A stretch of 64,000 nt of DNA from a virus: IMG/VR virus record IMGVR_UViG_3300027747_002969, positions 1-64,000 of that record. The stretch is one strand, 5' to 3'. Below, piece after piece: positions 1 through 10,903 of the stretch (positions are counted from its first letter, which is position 1; each line of letters starts with the position of its first letter). The translations under genes and the position numbers were made by a program. The notes below the pieces were generated by a model, which did no database searches, had not been told where the DNA came from, and saw only the letters and a list, made by a program, of their open reading frames with translations.

Positions 1-1191
1 CAGGCCATACGATTTGATGCGGACAACATTGACACCATACGCAACCACCACAGCATTAAAAACATTAGATCGGCCATGCTCAAAGGTCAAAGGCCAACGG
101 CTTGCAATTTGTGTTGGGCCGAAGAAGATTCGGGTATTGTCAGCAAGCGTATGTCAATGAATGAAATTTATCCTGCCGATCAATATCTTGCAGCAACCAA
201 ATCTGACGGCACTATTGATATAACAGCGTCCCCATTAGCGTATCTTGATCTAAGACTGGGTAATCTCTGCAATTTGAAATGTCGCAGTTGCGGCCCAACT
301 GACAGTAGTCTCTGGGTGGAAGATCATGGGAATCTATTAACAGAACAGGACTCACCAACGTTTAACTTCTATGGTGCAAATACCTACAAAATTCAAAAAA
401 ATGGTTCATCCTGGAAAATTGACTCTGATGACTTCAACTGGCATCAAAGTGATGAATTCCATGAATGGTTAAATGGACAGATAGTGAAAAATGTTACGCG
501 CATATATTTTACAGGTGGTGAACCAACTGTAAACAAATATCATGTACAAATTCTTGAGGAAATAATAGCACTTGGAAAATCTCATTCTATAACACTTGAA
601 TACAACAGCAACATGGTAGCCATCCCCCAGTCTCTGCTGAAACTGTGGAAGAACTTTTACGCTGTCAACATAGGGGCCAGTATTGATGCTATCGGCAGTC
701 TTGCATCATATATACGTCACCCAGGAAGGTGGCCAGACGTTGAAAAGAATTGTGATTCTATAGGCTATGGACAGATTCCCCAGATAAGCTGCGGAATAGC
801 CACAACCGTCAGCGTTATGAACATACGGCATTTCATAGATTTGACAAAATGGGCTATCTCAAAGCAGTTCACAAGCATACGCAGCATTCCGTCCTGGCAT
901 GTCCTGCATGGCCCAAAATACTTTTCCATTCAAGTATTACCAAAAGAAATTAAATCTTCTATTGAACAAGAATATCACCAATTCTATAATTGGGTGTCTG
1001 AAAATTTTGGAGAAAATGACAGAAAAAACATAGAGCAATACTATTCCGGTATAATAAGATTCATGTGGCAGGAGGATCTTACCAAATATCTTCCACAGTT
1101 GAAGAAAACTCTACACAAGGTAGACAAACTAAGAGGCGAAAACTTAGCTGACCAAATACCTTGGCTAGATGAAATACTTAAAAAAGTCTAA
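1..1191 (+). CDS. Radical SAM protein (SPASM/twitch-associated), 5'-truncated by the window edge
   Basis: CxxxCxxC motif CNLKCRSC, YFTGGEP, SIDA. The frame is open from base 1. Confidence 0.85.
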   Translation, partial: QAIRFDADNIDTIRNHHSIKNIRSAMLKGQRPTACNLCWAEEDSGIVSKRMSMNEIYPADQYLAATKSDGTIDITASPLAYLDLRLGNLCNLKCRSCGPTDSSLWVEDHGNLLTEQDSPTFNFYGANTYKIQKNGSSWKIDSDDFNWHQSDEFHEWLNGQIVKNVTRIYFTGGEPTVNKYHVQILEEIIALGKSHSITLEYNSNMVAIPQSLLKLWKNFYAVNIGASIDAIGSLASYIRHPGRWPDVEKNCDSIGYGQIPQISCGIATTVSVMNIRHFIDLTKWAISKQFTSIRSIPSWHVLHGPKYFSIQVLPKEIKSSIEQEYHQFYNWVSENFGENDRKNIEQYYSGIIRFMWQEDLTKYLPQLKKTLHKVDKLRGENLADQIPWLDEILKKV

Positions 1192-1201
1192 AACAAGCAG
1201 T

Positions 1202-1861
1202 TCACCTAAGTGTAGCTATTTTTTCCTTGCCCTGCGACCAAGCAGCTACGCCCAGTATTGCCCCAAATGCCAAATGTATAATACCTCCATTTGACAGCGT
1301 TAGGCTTTGCCACGCAATATAATTAGTGACAATTCCATCTTTTTTGTAAAAAACTGGTAGAATCATGCTTAAGAATGGAAATCCTATGAAATCCATAAAA
1401 CACATCAACATATACAACCAACCCATGGCCGGACGCCAATAGGCTTTAACCCAGTGTTCTTCTTCCTTTTTTATTTGATCAGCTACAATTTCTTGATCAA
1501 TACCAGTTTGTGCCAACCCCACACTGGCCTGCGCCTGTGCAGCGGCTGTTATAGAGCTCATCTGCAGATTCTGTTGATTAATCATTGCAGAACCTATGCT
1601 GCTACAACCTGTAAAGGCCTGAGGTGATGTCTGTTGAGGCATTTGTGGCGGCATTTGTGGCGGCATTTGTGGCGGAGATAGTGGCGGTTGTTGAGGCATT
1701 TGTGGCGGCAGTGTCGGCCACGGCACTGATGTCTGTTGAGATGTTGGTATAGATGACATTGGTTGTGGTGTAATAGGTAGTGGTGTAATAGGTAGTGGTG
1801 ATCCAATTTCATCCAATGCAGCCCGACGGCGAGGCAATGGTTCGTTATCGTCGGGAAGCAT
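1202..1861 (-). CDS. Putative holin (3TM/GTA-holin-like) with Pro/Gln-rich N-terminus
   Basis: WRPAMGW motif, hydrophobic segments, GAILGVAAW...EK C-terminus; lies next to the spanin pair. Confidence 0.6.
   Translation of the reverse strand: MLPDDNEPLPRRRAALDEIGSPLPITPLPITPQPMSSIPTSQQTSVPWPTLPPQMPQQPPLSPPQMPPQMPPQMPQQTSPQAFTGCSSIGSAMINQQNLQMSSITAAAQAQASVGLAQTGIDQEIVADQIKKEEEHWVKAYWRPAMGWLYMLMCFMDFIGFPFLSMILPVFYKKDGIVTNYIAWQSLTLSNGGIIHLAFGAILGVAAWSQGKEKIATLR
1638..1706. repeat. 12-bp repeat ggcatttgtggc (MPPQ on the minus strand), three tandem copies plus one nearby
   Basis: Copies at 1638, 1650, 1662 and 1695. Confidence 0.85.
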
Positions 1862-1940
1862 GTGCGATCTCCTCCAGTAGTTTAAACTATATGTTTATTT
1901 AGATGGACAATCGCACAATAATATGGTTTGTTAATCCATC

Positions 1941-2318
1941 TCATTGAGCATCTGTATGCGTTGTGAGATTTTTATAATATACGATGACTGCCTGTTGTTC
2001 TTGAATATATCTACGAAGATCTGCTAGATTCAAACTGAGATTTTCATAATCGGTAGTGGTGATTGCAATAAACACCGGATTGATATTGCCTTGTGATTTA
2101 GATATAGATTGCAGAAAACTGTCTAAATTATCTTTGTTGACCACTTTAAAGGTTACTGTGTTGAATCTCACCGGAGCGGGGTCAATAGGTTGAGCGATCA
2201 TGATATCTATTGGTTTTGAAACAACATTTATAGTCGAAGGTGTTGAACCAAATGGCCAAACGGCGCAGGCTGATACCAACATACACATGCTGAAGATTGC
2301 AATCAGTCTATGAATCAT
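1941..2318 (-). CDS. Putative o-spanin (outer-membrane lipoprotein)
   Basis: Signal peptide with lipobox LVSA-C; overlaps the upstream TM/coiled-coil gene by 4 nt. Confidence 0.65.
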   Translation of the reverse strand: MIHRLIAIFSMCMLVSACAVWPFGSTPSTINVVSKPIDIMIAQPIDPAPVRFNTVTFKVVNKDNLDSFLQSISKSQGNINPVFIAITTTDYENLSLNLADLRRYIQEQQAVIVYYKNLTTHTDAQ

Positions 2319-2779
2319 TTTTCATGGCCTTTGGCAGTCACCGGCGGATGTGGCGGCGGTTGATAATTCAAAGGTTTACTGGGAGCAGTTGTTGATGATT
2401 GGTCAGTAGCCCTTGTTAGTTTAGAAATGTCGTCAAATGCACGAGAAGTTGCGTGATTGATGCGTTGTTCAAGATCTGCAGCATTGGCACGAGCCATGGC
2501 TGCTAGATCCTTTTGTCGTAGTAGATCCTGTAGATTTCTGCGTTGAGTTTCGGCATCAGCAACGCTCTTCTGCAGTACAGTGAATTGTTGAACCTGTGCT
2601 TTGGCTGCTGCCTGTTGTGCTTCAATTGTGCTTTTTTGTTCAGCAGCTACCAATTCTAACTTGATATTATTAGCGTTTAAAGTGTTGATAATATTTTGAT
2701 TATAATCAAAATAAAAGTAGCCACCAATTGCTCCAATTAGTAGCAAAAAAAATTCAAATACCGCGATCTTTCCAAACAT
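2315..2779 (-). CDS. Putative i-spanin
   Basis: Single N-terminal TM helix followed by a long Gln/Ala coiled coil. Confidence 0.65.
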   Translation of the reverse strand: MFGKIAVFEFFLLLIGAIGGYFYFDYNQNIINTLNANNIKLELVAAEQKSTIEAQQAAAKAQVQQFTVLQKSVADAETQRRNLQDLLRQKDLAAMARANAADLEQRINHATSRAFDDISKLTRATDQSSTTAPSKPLNYQPPPHPPVTAKGHEK

Positions 2780-2831
2780 AATATATTTATCTTAAATGTC
2801 AACGACAAATTAGGTCAATTTCAAAATATAA

Positions 2832-3653
2832 TCACTCAACAGACGTGCCGCATTTGACTTTTTTACTTTTTGTTAAAACACCAAAATCCACTGACCATTC
2901 GTGGCCAACGGCCAATTCGCTAGCATCAGATGGCAGACCAAAAACAATCCCGGTGATCTGTTGGACCTGAGCAAATGGCATGCGAAATTTGGTGAGATCA
3001 TTGCCAAGATTTGGGTAAGGGGTAATATGTGGAATAACCCAGGCTGCTATCTGTTTGGTGTTGTCGTCTATTACAATTTTGTACATGGCATGTGGGACAA
3101 CCACACCGTGTCCTATGGTCCTGTCCCCTGGCCCATATATGTTGCCCACATATATCGTGAATGTGTGCCCAGTTTCAACAGCCCAACCACGCACTGAAGT
3201 TTCTAGGAGTTTCCAAATGCCCCGGTTGAATGACGGTGCCTGTGGCGACATGTTGGTCATTAAGAAACTTTCTGTTTCAGCCTGTTGATCAAAACTCATA
3301 TCTCCGTCGCTGACATTATGTCCTTGGTCAAAACCAGATCCTGCATAGTCTTGTGGTGTAGCACTGCCAGGCATGCTTTGGTCTGCGGCAAATGCATTTG
3401 AACGAGGCAAACAGCCCAGAGCATGCTCAGGTGTTAAAGTATAAACGACCCACAGAGGTATTTTAGCTATTGGATCAACAAACACAGCATAGGCATGACG
3501 GCATAGAGTCACCCCATTGTGCGCAATCTGCGGAAAACCCCACGGAGCCTGTGACGAACAAGCAGCAATTGGCTGTGCAGGGGCTTGTTGGTTTGCCAAG
3601 GCTGGATATATGGCTAGAAACATCAACGCAGCAATGGCAAAGATTTTTTTCAT
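2832..3653 (-). CDS. Exported DNA/RNA non-specific endonuclease (NucA/Serratia type)
   Basis: Signal peptide [20 protein letters not shown]; DQGH (DRGH variant); [15 protein letters not shown]. Confidence 0.85.
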   Translation of the reverse strand: MKKIFAIAALMFLAIYPALANQQAPAQPIAACSSQAPWGFPQIAHNGVTLCRHAYAVFVDPIAKIPLWVVYTLTPEHALGCLPRSNAFAADQSMPGSATPQDYAGSGFDQGHNVSDGDMSFDQQAETESFLMTNMSPQAPSFNRGIWKLLETSVRGWAVETGHTFTIYVGNIYGPGDRTIGHGVVVPHAMYKIVIDDNTKQIAAWVIPHITPYPNLGNDLTKFRMPFAQVQQITGIVFGLPSDASELAVGHEWSVDFGVLTKSKKVKCGTSVE

Positions 3654-3728
3654 CAAGTGGCCTCAGTCTTTCATTTAACTATTTATCTTCGAATCATCAC
3701 TAGATATAGCAGTAATAAATACACTATA

Positions 3729-6590
3729 ATGTCAGCATTTCCCGCAAATCCATTTGATGGCCAAATCTACAGCATAGGCCCAAGATCCTGGACATGGTCG
3801 TCAATACAACAGGGTTGGTTATTGAACAACAACGCCGCAACAGGCCCAACCGGAGTAACTGGCCCGCAGGGTGTACCAGGTGTGTTGTTGACTACACTGG
3901 TCGTTAATAGTTTTATAGGTGACGGTAATACCGTTGTATACACACTGACAACCTCTCCCCAAAGTGTCTATAACACCATATTGAACGTTGACGGGTTGGT
4001 ACAGACACCAAATATCAATTATACTATTAGTGGCACAACTTTGACATTGGCGGCGCCCCCTGTAACCAATGCCACGATAGATATTACAATATTTCTAACA
4101 GGCGCGCCTGTGACAGGACCAGCGGGCGGAATAGGCCCCACTGGCTACACAGGACCAACAGGCAGTAGAGGACAAGCATCAACTATAACCGGTCCAACTG
4201 GTTGGACTGGACCATCTGGTGGCCCCACAGGCAACACAGGGCCAACTGGTCCTCTGGGCGGACCATCTGGTGCTACCGGCTCAACGGGTGCCACTGGACC
4301 ATACGGCTGCAGCGGGTACAGTGGGTTTTCAGGATTCAGTGGCTTAATCGGCTGTTCTGGTTTGAGCGGCTTCAGTGGGTTTTCAGGATTCAGTGGCCTA
4401 ATCGGCTGTTCTGGTTTGAGCGGCTTTAGTGGGTTTTCAGGATTCAGTGGCTTTGGTGGGTGTAGTGGTTACAGCGGCTACAGTGGGTGCAGTGGTTACA
4501 GTGGTTACAGCGGCTACAGCGGCTACAGTGGGTGCAGTGGTTACAGCGGCTACAGTGGGTGCAGTGGTTACAGCGGCTACAGTGGGTGCAGTGGTTACAG
4601 CGGCTTTAGTGGGCATTCGGGATACAGTGGCTATGGAGCAACTGGTGCCACCGGAGCAGCCAGTACAGTAACAGGTCCAACAGGCCCTACAGGTCCAAGC
4701 GGTACTGCTGGATCAACTGGAGCGACTGGTTCTACAGGTGCAGGTGCCACAGGCCCTACGGGACCTATACCAAATAGTCCTCCAGTGAGTGGCAGTGCTT
4801 ATCAAGCAGTCGGTACGATCTCAATACCAGGTAATACACCAGTTATAGTAGTAACGTTTACATTACCAAGTGCGGGTACCTGGGATGTGAGTTATTGGAT
4901 GCGTGCACAAAGCACAAACGCTGCATTTGCAGGTGAGTTTGCGCTGTATGATCCAACTGGTACACTTGTTCCCAACAGCGCAATACTCAGTTATTATAAC
5001 ACTACTGTGGCTTCGCAAAGCAGTACAGGCACCGGCCGCATAATACTTACTACTACCGGTAGCGCAACCTATACCATGCGAGCATTTGCAAGTACAGGCA
5101 GTTATAGCAGCTTTATTGACGCCAATGGAACTACCGGTGTCACTTGGGTTCAACTTACTGGAGGCTACGTAGGGGCCACCGGACCAACTGGCACAGGCGT
5201 TACTGGACCAACAGGGGTAAACGGTTTATCAGGTGCAACAGGATCAACTGGTCCAACTGGGCCAGCAGGCGGCGGTGGCACGGGCAACTACAGCAACACC
5301 AACGTGGCCAGCTATCTCAGCGGCCCAGTGGTCATAGGCAATCTCAGCATAACCAACACAACGCCGGCTACAAGCAGCACAAGCGGTGCGCTCACAGTAG
5401 CAGGTGGTGTGGGTATAGTTGGAAACCTCTACGTTGGCAGCAACATAGTTGTATCAGGCAACATCACAGCTGCAAACATCAACGGCAACATCAACATCAC
5501 AGGCAATGTTACAGGTACTAGTAATAATGTACAGCTAGTTGCTGGATCATACAGTTGGACGTTTGACAACACTGGCAACCTAACACTGACCAACACAGGT
5601 GTGATCGCCACTACTGGCAACACCAACATCAGTTTGGATCCAGCCGGCAGCGGACAGGTAAATGTGTTAGGTAATCTGAGTACACTTGGTTATGGACTAT
5701 TTACTGGAACATTTAATGAAACGGCCAATGTAGCCGGTGTCTACGTTGGTAATACAGGCACTGGCGGATCTCAAACTCCAAGAGTGTTGTTTGCCAATGG
5801 CAATGTCACACAAAACTGGGAAATAGATAATTCAAATGGAGTGTTCCGGTGGTATCAGCCAGGCGTGACCAAGATGACTCTGGATGGCAATGCTAACCTT
5901 GCAGTCACCGGCACTCTAGCAGTAACCGGAGCTATAACCACACCCAGCACTATAACCACTCAGAGCACCATAATAGGCAATGCTTCAGTGGCATTCACCG
6001 CAGGTTTGGCAGCAGCAGGTAACGTAGCACTGTTGATGAACAGCAACATGGCCGTGCGCGACAACAGCGTCAACTACACAACCATGTACATGGATCTAGG
6101 CACTGGTGGATCAGCAGGAGGTGCATTCCAGTTCAGAGGTACAAGCAGTTATACTCAATGGGCAGTGATAGGATCTAATGGTATTACGCTGCCAACTCGT
6201 CCAGCAGTGAGAATTACCGCCAGCACCAGCAACAATTTTACTGCTACTACAACAATAACCAACCAGTTGGTGGACTACAACCAAGGTGGATATTACAACA
6301 ACAGCACAGGAGTGTTCACTGCCCCCATTGCCGGATTGTATCAGGCGTTTATGAACCTGCGCATATCAGGTGGCTCTGGATCTGCTGCTGCTGCTATGAA
6401 GAAAAACGGAACTGGCGGCACACAGGTACTGTATTGGGAGACCAGTGCAGGCAATCTCAGCGGGCCCACGCACTGGGGGGTAAGCGGAATACTCAAACTC
6501 AATACTAATGATACCCTGCAGGTAGTTGTTACCAACGGTACTATTACCTTTGACAGCAACGACAGTTGGGGTGTTGCCTACATAGGATAA
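3729..6590 (+). CDS. Collagen-like fibre/virion structural protein with C-terminal C1q/TNF-like domain
   Basis: G-X-T and G-X-S triplet runs; [17 protein letters not shown]...LNTNDTL C1q-like signature; start placed at ATG 3729 after TAAATA. Confidence 0.75.
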   Translation: MSAFPANPFDGQIYSIGPRSWTWSSIQQGWLLNNNAATGPTGVTGPQGVPGVLLTTLVVNSFIGDGNTVVYTLTTSPQSVYNTILNVDGLVQTPNINYTISGTTLTLAAPPVTNATIDITIFLTGAPVTGPAGGIGPTGYTGPTGSRGQASTITGPTGWTGPSGGPTGNTGPTGPLGGPSGATGSTGATGPYGCSGYSGFSGFSGLIGCSGLSGFSGFSGFSGLIGCSGLSGFSGFSGFSGFGGCSGYSGYSGCSGYSGYSGYSGYSGCSGYSGYSGCSGYSGYSGCSGYSGFSGHSGYSGYGATGATGAASTVTGPTGPTGPSGTAGSTGATGSTGAGATGPTGPIPNSPPVSGSAYQAVGTISIPGNTPVIVVTFTLPSAGTWDVSYWMRAQSTNAAFAGEFALYDPTGTLVPNSAILSYYNTTVASQSSTGTGRIILTTTGSATYTMRAFASTGSYSSFIDANGTTGVTWVQLTGGYVGATGPTGTGVTGPTGVNGLSGATGSTGPTGPAGGGGTGNYSNTNVASYLSGPVVIGNLSITNTTPATSSTSGALTVAGGVGIVGNLYVGSNIVVSGNITAANINGNINITGNVTGTSNNVQLVAGSYSWTFDNTGNLTLTNTGVIATTGNTNISLDPAGSGQVNVLGNLSTLGYGLFTGTFNETANVAGVYVGNTGTGGSQTPRVLFANGNVTQNWEIDNSNGVFRWYQPGVTKMTLDGNANLAVTGTLAVTGAITTPSTITTQSTIIGNASVAFTAGLAAAGNVALLMNSNMAVRDNSVNYTTMYMDLGTGGSAGGAFQFRGTSSYTQWAVIGSNGITLPTRPAVRITASTSNNFTATTTITNQLVDYNQGGYYNNSTGVFTAPIAGLYQAFMNLRISGGSGSAAAAMKKNGTGGTQVLYWETSAGNLSGPTHWGVSGILKLNTNDTLQVVVTNGTITFDSNDSWGVAYIG
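4305..4635 (+). repeat. 9-bp-periodic tandem repeat encoding G-(Y/F/C/L)-S triplets, including a 54-bp duplication
   Basis: agtggttac / agcggctac / agtgggtgc units; [15 protein letters not shown] occurs twice. Confidence 0.9.
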
Positions 6591-6593
6591 AAG

Positions 6594-7322
6594 ATGATAA
6601 TCAAAGGTGCAACGTTGAGAAATCTCACTGTTTATGATCAACAGTTTGTTTCAAATGGTCTACAGTTGTACTACAATCCGTCTGTCAGTTATCCAGGTTC
6701 AGGTACGTCCCTTAACGATCTGTCAAACAATGGATTCAATGGTACACTGACCAACAGTCCAACCTTCAATGCAACAGGGAATTATTTTACATATAATGGA
6801 TCTAACACCTACATTTTAACTCCCAGCATGACTAGTGCTTTTATTGGCAGCACTGCTGTCAGCATAGAAATGTGGTTGTATCCAACGGCGGCGGGTTGTG
6901 CCATGTTGGAAAATGGCAATACCATACCGGGTACAGGCTGGACTGACAACAATATAGAAATGGGCAACAGTGTTTTGCCTCGAGTGGGGTTTTGGAATGG
7001 TGCTGTGGCTGCGGTCACTGCTGGCACTACTACCACTGGTTTAAACAATTGGTATCAGATTGTATTGACCTACAACGGCAGCACCCTACAGGGCTACAAC
7101 AATGCAGTTGCTGGAACTGGTGGGGCCACAGGCAGACAAGTGCCGTGGCTGTATGGCAATCAGTATTATTTGATAATTGGAGCAGCATCAAATACTAACC
7201 TAGGCATATCTAACGCCTTTTGGTCTGGCAGAATTGGTATAGTGCGAGTGTATAATCGAGGCCTCACCGCCCAAGAGGTAGACATAAACTTTCAGACTAC
7301 GCGCAGTATCTACAAAATTTGA
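6594..7322 (+). CDS. LamG/concanavalin-A-like lectin-fold protein
   Basis: NDLSNNGFNGTLTNSPTF, WYQIVLTYNG, GRIGIVRVYNRGLTAQEV. Confidence 0.8.
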   Translation: MIIKGATLRNLTVYDQQFVSNGLQLYYNPSVSYPGSGTSLNDLSNNGFNGTLTNSPTFNATGNYFTYNGSNTYILTPSMTSAFIGSTAVSIEMWLYPTAAGCAMLENGNTIPGTGWTDNNIEMGNSVLPRVGFWNGAVAAVTAGTTTTGLNNWYQIVLTYNGSTLQGYNNAVAGTGGATGRQVPWLYGNQYYLIIGAASNTNLGISNAFWSGRIGIVRVYNRGLTAQEVDINFQTTRSIYKI

Positions 7323-7381
7323 CCTGTCAATCTAACATCCTCTGCCAATGCCGCCGGTAAATATCAGAAAGGAGCAATACC

Positions 7382-8062
7382 ATGGCCGTTACAAACAGCA
7401 CAGGCACTACGGGACCAACCGGACCAACCGGACGTGCCGGATCGCAAGGGAACATAGGCAGCACAGGACCAACTGGTACAGCTGGTCCTACAGGGCCAAC
7501 AGGTAGATCCAACACAGGACCTACTGGCGTGCAGGGATCTCAAGGATCTCAAGGCAATCAAGGTGTTACTGGCCCTACAGGCAGCATCGGCCCACAGGGT
7601 GCAACTGGTGCAACGGGTGTAGCCGGTGCGGCCGGTGCGGCTACTATGACAGGAGCAACTGGCCCTGCTGGTGCAGGCACACTGTCTGCTCGTACCACAA
7701 TCACTGCGACCACTCCAACAATGTTGGTAAACAACTCCAGTATCATTAGTACCACAGCCTATCATGGTTTCAACATCTATTCTATACAAACCAGTAGTGC
7801 TGCTTGGGTTACGGTATATAACACCAGCACTGCTGCAACAGCCGATACCGGCAGGTCAATTTCTATCGATCCTGTCCCAGGTAGCGGTGTAATTGCCGAA
7901 GCCATAACAACGGGAGCACAAACTGTCAACTTCACACCCTGTGTTGGCGGTTACCTTAATAATTCTCCGCCAAACACCACTCTTTCAATGAAGGTTGTCA
8001 ACACTGGTAATAGTGCTGCTGCAATCACAGTCACGTTGACCGTCCTACAGACTGAGGTCTAA
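7382..8062 (+). CDS. Short collagen-like structural protein
   Basis: About 30 G-X-Y triplets, then a beta-rich C-terminal domain; RBS aggag. Confidence 0.7.
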   Translation: MAVTNSTGTTGPTGPTGRAGSQGNIGSTGPTGTAGPTGPTGRSNTGPTGVQGSQGSQGNQGVTGPTGSIGPQGATGATGVAGAAGAATMTGATGPAGAGTLSARTTITATTPTMLVNNSSIISTTAYHGFNIYSIQTSSAAWVTVYNTSTAATADTGRSISIDPVPGSGVIAEAITTGAQTVNFTPCVGGYLNNSPPNTTLSMKVVNTGNSAAAITVTLTVLQTEV

Positions 8063-8063
8063 T

Positions 8064-9773
8064 ATGAATACCAACAAGCGAGTGCTGCTGACCAACAGCA
8101 GCAACACCGTACCAAAGGACTCTACCACTGTACCAGCAGATCTTGGCCAGATCGCCACGGCAGTTATGCTGTTGCGTCGGCAGCAGTTTGATGGCCTATC
8201 AATGCAACAGCATGCAGATGCCATCATAGCAGGTAAACGCAGTGACACACTCTCTTATTCAGAGTTTGCACAACGTTACAGCAGCAGTGCAGAAGATCTA
8301 GAACATGCTGTTGGTTTTGCTAGATATTTTGGCCTTACTGTGATTGAAAGCAGTGCCGCTGCTGCCATGGTAAAGGTCCGCGGTACGGTGAAACAATTAA
8401 ATACAGCATTTCAAACACAATTGTTGACCATAGAATCCAACGGCAAGACCTGGATGGGCTATGATGGCATCTTGACTATCCCCGAATCACTTTATCAGGT
8501 GGTTGAATATGTCATCGGACTCAACAATCCAGCAACCATGCGGCATCTCTTGACCAAACCAAAACAACCAACTGCCGCAGTGTCTGCATCTGCTGGCCTT
8601 GCAAGTTTGACTCCAATTCAAGTAGCTGCTGCATATAATTTTCCAGCCAGCAGTGGCTACGGCCAATGCATAGGTCTGATCGAATACGGTGGAGGCTATA
8701 CTGCTCAAAATATAACCAGCAGTTTTTCGGCCATAGGCCTGTCAAATCCACAGGTGGTTTCTATTCCTGTTGACACAGGCACAAATGACCCATCAGATGC
8801 TGACAGTTCTGGTGAGGTCATGCTGGATATTTTCATTGCAGGAGCAGTGGTTCCACATGCAAAGATTGCAGTGTACTTTGGTGCAGGGGCAGGTAATCCA
8901 CTGCCAGGTCCCAACTGGTATGACCCCATTAACACAGCTATACACGACCGTGTTAATGCACCCTGTGTGCTCAGCATCAGTTGGGGAGAATCAGAAGCGG
9001 CCTTTGGCCGTGTCAACATGCAGGCCATGGACATGGTGTTGTCACAGGCTGCGTTATTGGGCATTACAGTATGCGCAGCATCAGGCGACAGCGGTTCAAC
9101 ATGGGATGGTCTAGGTGTTGAAGTCCTATATCCGGCATCTAGCCCCTATGTACTGTCATGCGGTGGAACTTCATTGTTGTTGAATGGCTCGGCCATAGCC
9201 AGTGAAGTGGTTTGGAACCAATCACGCGCTCAAGCAGGTGCTACTGGTGGAGGAATCAGCATTTATGAATCCAAACCTCCATATCAAACTGGTTTGACCT
9301 ACAAACTGTATCCCAGCAATACTGTGACTAGCCTAGCAACACGCGGTGTCCCAGATGTGGCTGGTAATGCAGACCCGTTCAGCGGCTATAGTTTTTACTA
9401 CAGCAACAGAAATCTAGCAGCATCACAAGTGGGAGGTACCAGTGCTGTGGCACCATTATGGGCTGGTTTGATCGCAAGATTAGTCTGCTTAACTGGCAAA
9501 AACCTAGGACTGGTCAACACACTGCTCTACAGTTCTCCTGCGGTGTTTAACGATGTCATCAGTGGCCAAAATGTCTATACTCCCAGCAGTGTCACCACAG
9601 GTTACAGTGCCACTACTGGTTGGGATGCCTGCACCGGCCTTGGCAGTCCAAATGGCACTAAGATTCTGCTGTTGATCAGGAAAGGTCCCGTGTGGCCCAA
9701 GAACAATTATGGTTTCCGTCCCAGCAGTGGCGCAGTTTGGCCTCGTACCAACACAGGTGTTAGACAAGTCTAG
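8064..9773 (+). CDS. Sedolisin/kumamolisin (S53) serine-carboxyl peptidase with prodomain
   Basis: EVMLD (Glu/Asp), AASGDSG (oxyanion Asp), GGTSAVAP (Ser), GWDACTGLGSP calcium site. Confidence 0.92.
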   Translation: MNTNKRVLLTNSSNTVPKDSTTVPADLGQIATAVMLLRRQQFDGLSMQQHADAIIAGKRSDTLSYSEFAQRYSSSAEDLEHAVGFARYFGLTVIESSAAAAMVKVRGTVKQLNTAFQTQLLTIESNGKTWMGYDGILTIPESLYQVVEYVIGLNNPATMRHLLTKPKQPTAAVSASAGLASLTPIQVAAAYNFPASSGYGQCIGLIEYGGGYTAQNITSSFSAIGLSNPQVVSIPVDTGTNDPSDADSSGEVMLDIFIAGAVVPHAKIAVYFGAGAGNPLPGPNWYDPINTAIHDRVNAPCVLSISWGESEAAFGRVNMQAMDMVLSQAALLGITVCAASGDSGSTWDGLGVEVLYPASSPYVLSCGGTSLLLNGSAIASEVVWNQSRAQAGATGGGISIYESKPPYQTGLTYKLYPSNTVTSLATRGVPDVAGNADPFSGYSFYYSNRNLAASQVGGTSAVAPLWAGLIARLVCLTGKNLGLVNTLLYSSPAVFNDVISGQNVYTPSSVTTGYSATTGWDACTGLGSPNGTKILLLIRKGPVWPKNNYGFRPSSGAVWPRTNTGVRQV

Positions 9774-9790
9774 CAAAAGATAAATAACAC

Positions 9791-10360
9791 ATGTTCAACC
9801 ATCCCTATATCTGTCTCAGTACCAAAGACGATCTCAGCGACGACAGCATCAAATCATGGTTTAAGTCAGTGGATGAAGCTGGGCCGTCTGGTATAATCAC
9901 TGCTACAGAACTAACAGCCAACAACAAACCTCAGAGATTTTATCGTAGAAAAATCAACGGTATGAATAGATACTGCGTAGTACTCTGCAGAGATCTTGAG
10001 GGCGAAGAAGTGCGCAATATAGCATTGGCAGTTGACAGTAGCATACCCAGCGGTGATTTTGAAATCTCATGGAGCCAACACCCCCAAAGTGATGATCGCT
10101 ATGCTGTCGTTCAGGAAGATCTGTTAAAGGCCATTGCACTAGAAGCGTCTAAACGCAATCATGGAAAATGGTTAAACAAAAAAATCAACGAAGGTTGGAG
10201 ATTTGGACAGAATTTCAACAGCAGAGGCAAAGTCAGTCCCATGTGCAGAGAATGGCATGCGTTGAATGAAAGATACCAAGCAGCCGAGTACCATAGGATG
10301 ATCAGCCTCATACAGGTGTTAGAGGAAATGAATTTGAGTTTGATGGCCAAAAAATCATAA
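9791..10360 (+). CDS. Hypothetical protein with RyR-like domain
   Basis: H.KW..KK..EGWRFG......K.SP....W..L pattern. Confidence 0.55.
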   Translation: MFNHPYICLSTKDDLSDDSIKSWFKSVDEAGPSGIITATELTANNKPQRFYRRKINGMNRYCVVLCRDLEGEEVRNIALAVDSSIPSGDFEISWSQHPQSDDRYAVVQEDLLKAIALEASKRNHGKWLNKKINEGWRFGQNFNSRGKVSPMCREWHALNERYQAAEYHRMISLIQVLEEMNLSLMAKKS

Positions 10361-10369
10361 ACTTAGATC

Positions 10370-10903
10370 ATGAGCAATATCAATCAATCCGAACTTAGGC
10401 AATCTGTTCAAAAACTTCATAAACTGGCTGAAAACACACGATTCTCACAGTCCTTGATTACAGATGATGTCGATCAAGATATCTATCGCAACATGTGCTA
10501 CCAGATGTGGCTGATAACCGATGCAATTGAGCACAAAATTGACCTACCACCAGACCTAGAGCGTCGGTCAACATTTGTACAGGATATTGCAGAATCTCGC
10601 CAAGGTTTGGTAAGAATTTTGCCTGCCACACAGCAATATCTCAATCACATCAAGTGCACGGAACCTAGAAATCTAGCAGGTATAATCTACTGCTTTTATC
10701 TTGGTTGGCTATATGGTGGACAAATAATTGCAAAAAAACTGTCCTTGCCTAAAAACCACATGACCTTTAGCAATGCCCAGCGCAGTATCGACTGGATAAG
10801 ACAAACCCTACTGGTTGATCTTAACGAAACTGATATTGCCGAAGCACAGGCTGCATTTATTGTCATAATTGAGATCTATCAAGAACTTTATGAACTGCAT
10901 TGA
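10370..10903 (+). CDS. Heme oxygenase-like protein
   Basis: Proximal His in LHKLAE; distal YLGxLYGGQII; adjacent to a bilin reductase. Confidence 0.8.
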   Translation: MSNINQSELRQSVQKLHKLAENTRFSQSLITDDVDQDIYRNMCYQMWLITDAIEHKIDLPPDLERRSTFVQDIAESRQGLVRILPATQQYLNHIKCTEPRNLAGIIYCFYLGWLYGGQIIAKKLSLPKNHMTFSNAQRSIDWIRQTLLVDLNETDIAEAQAAFIVIIEIYQELYELH

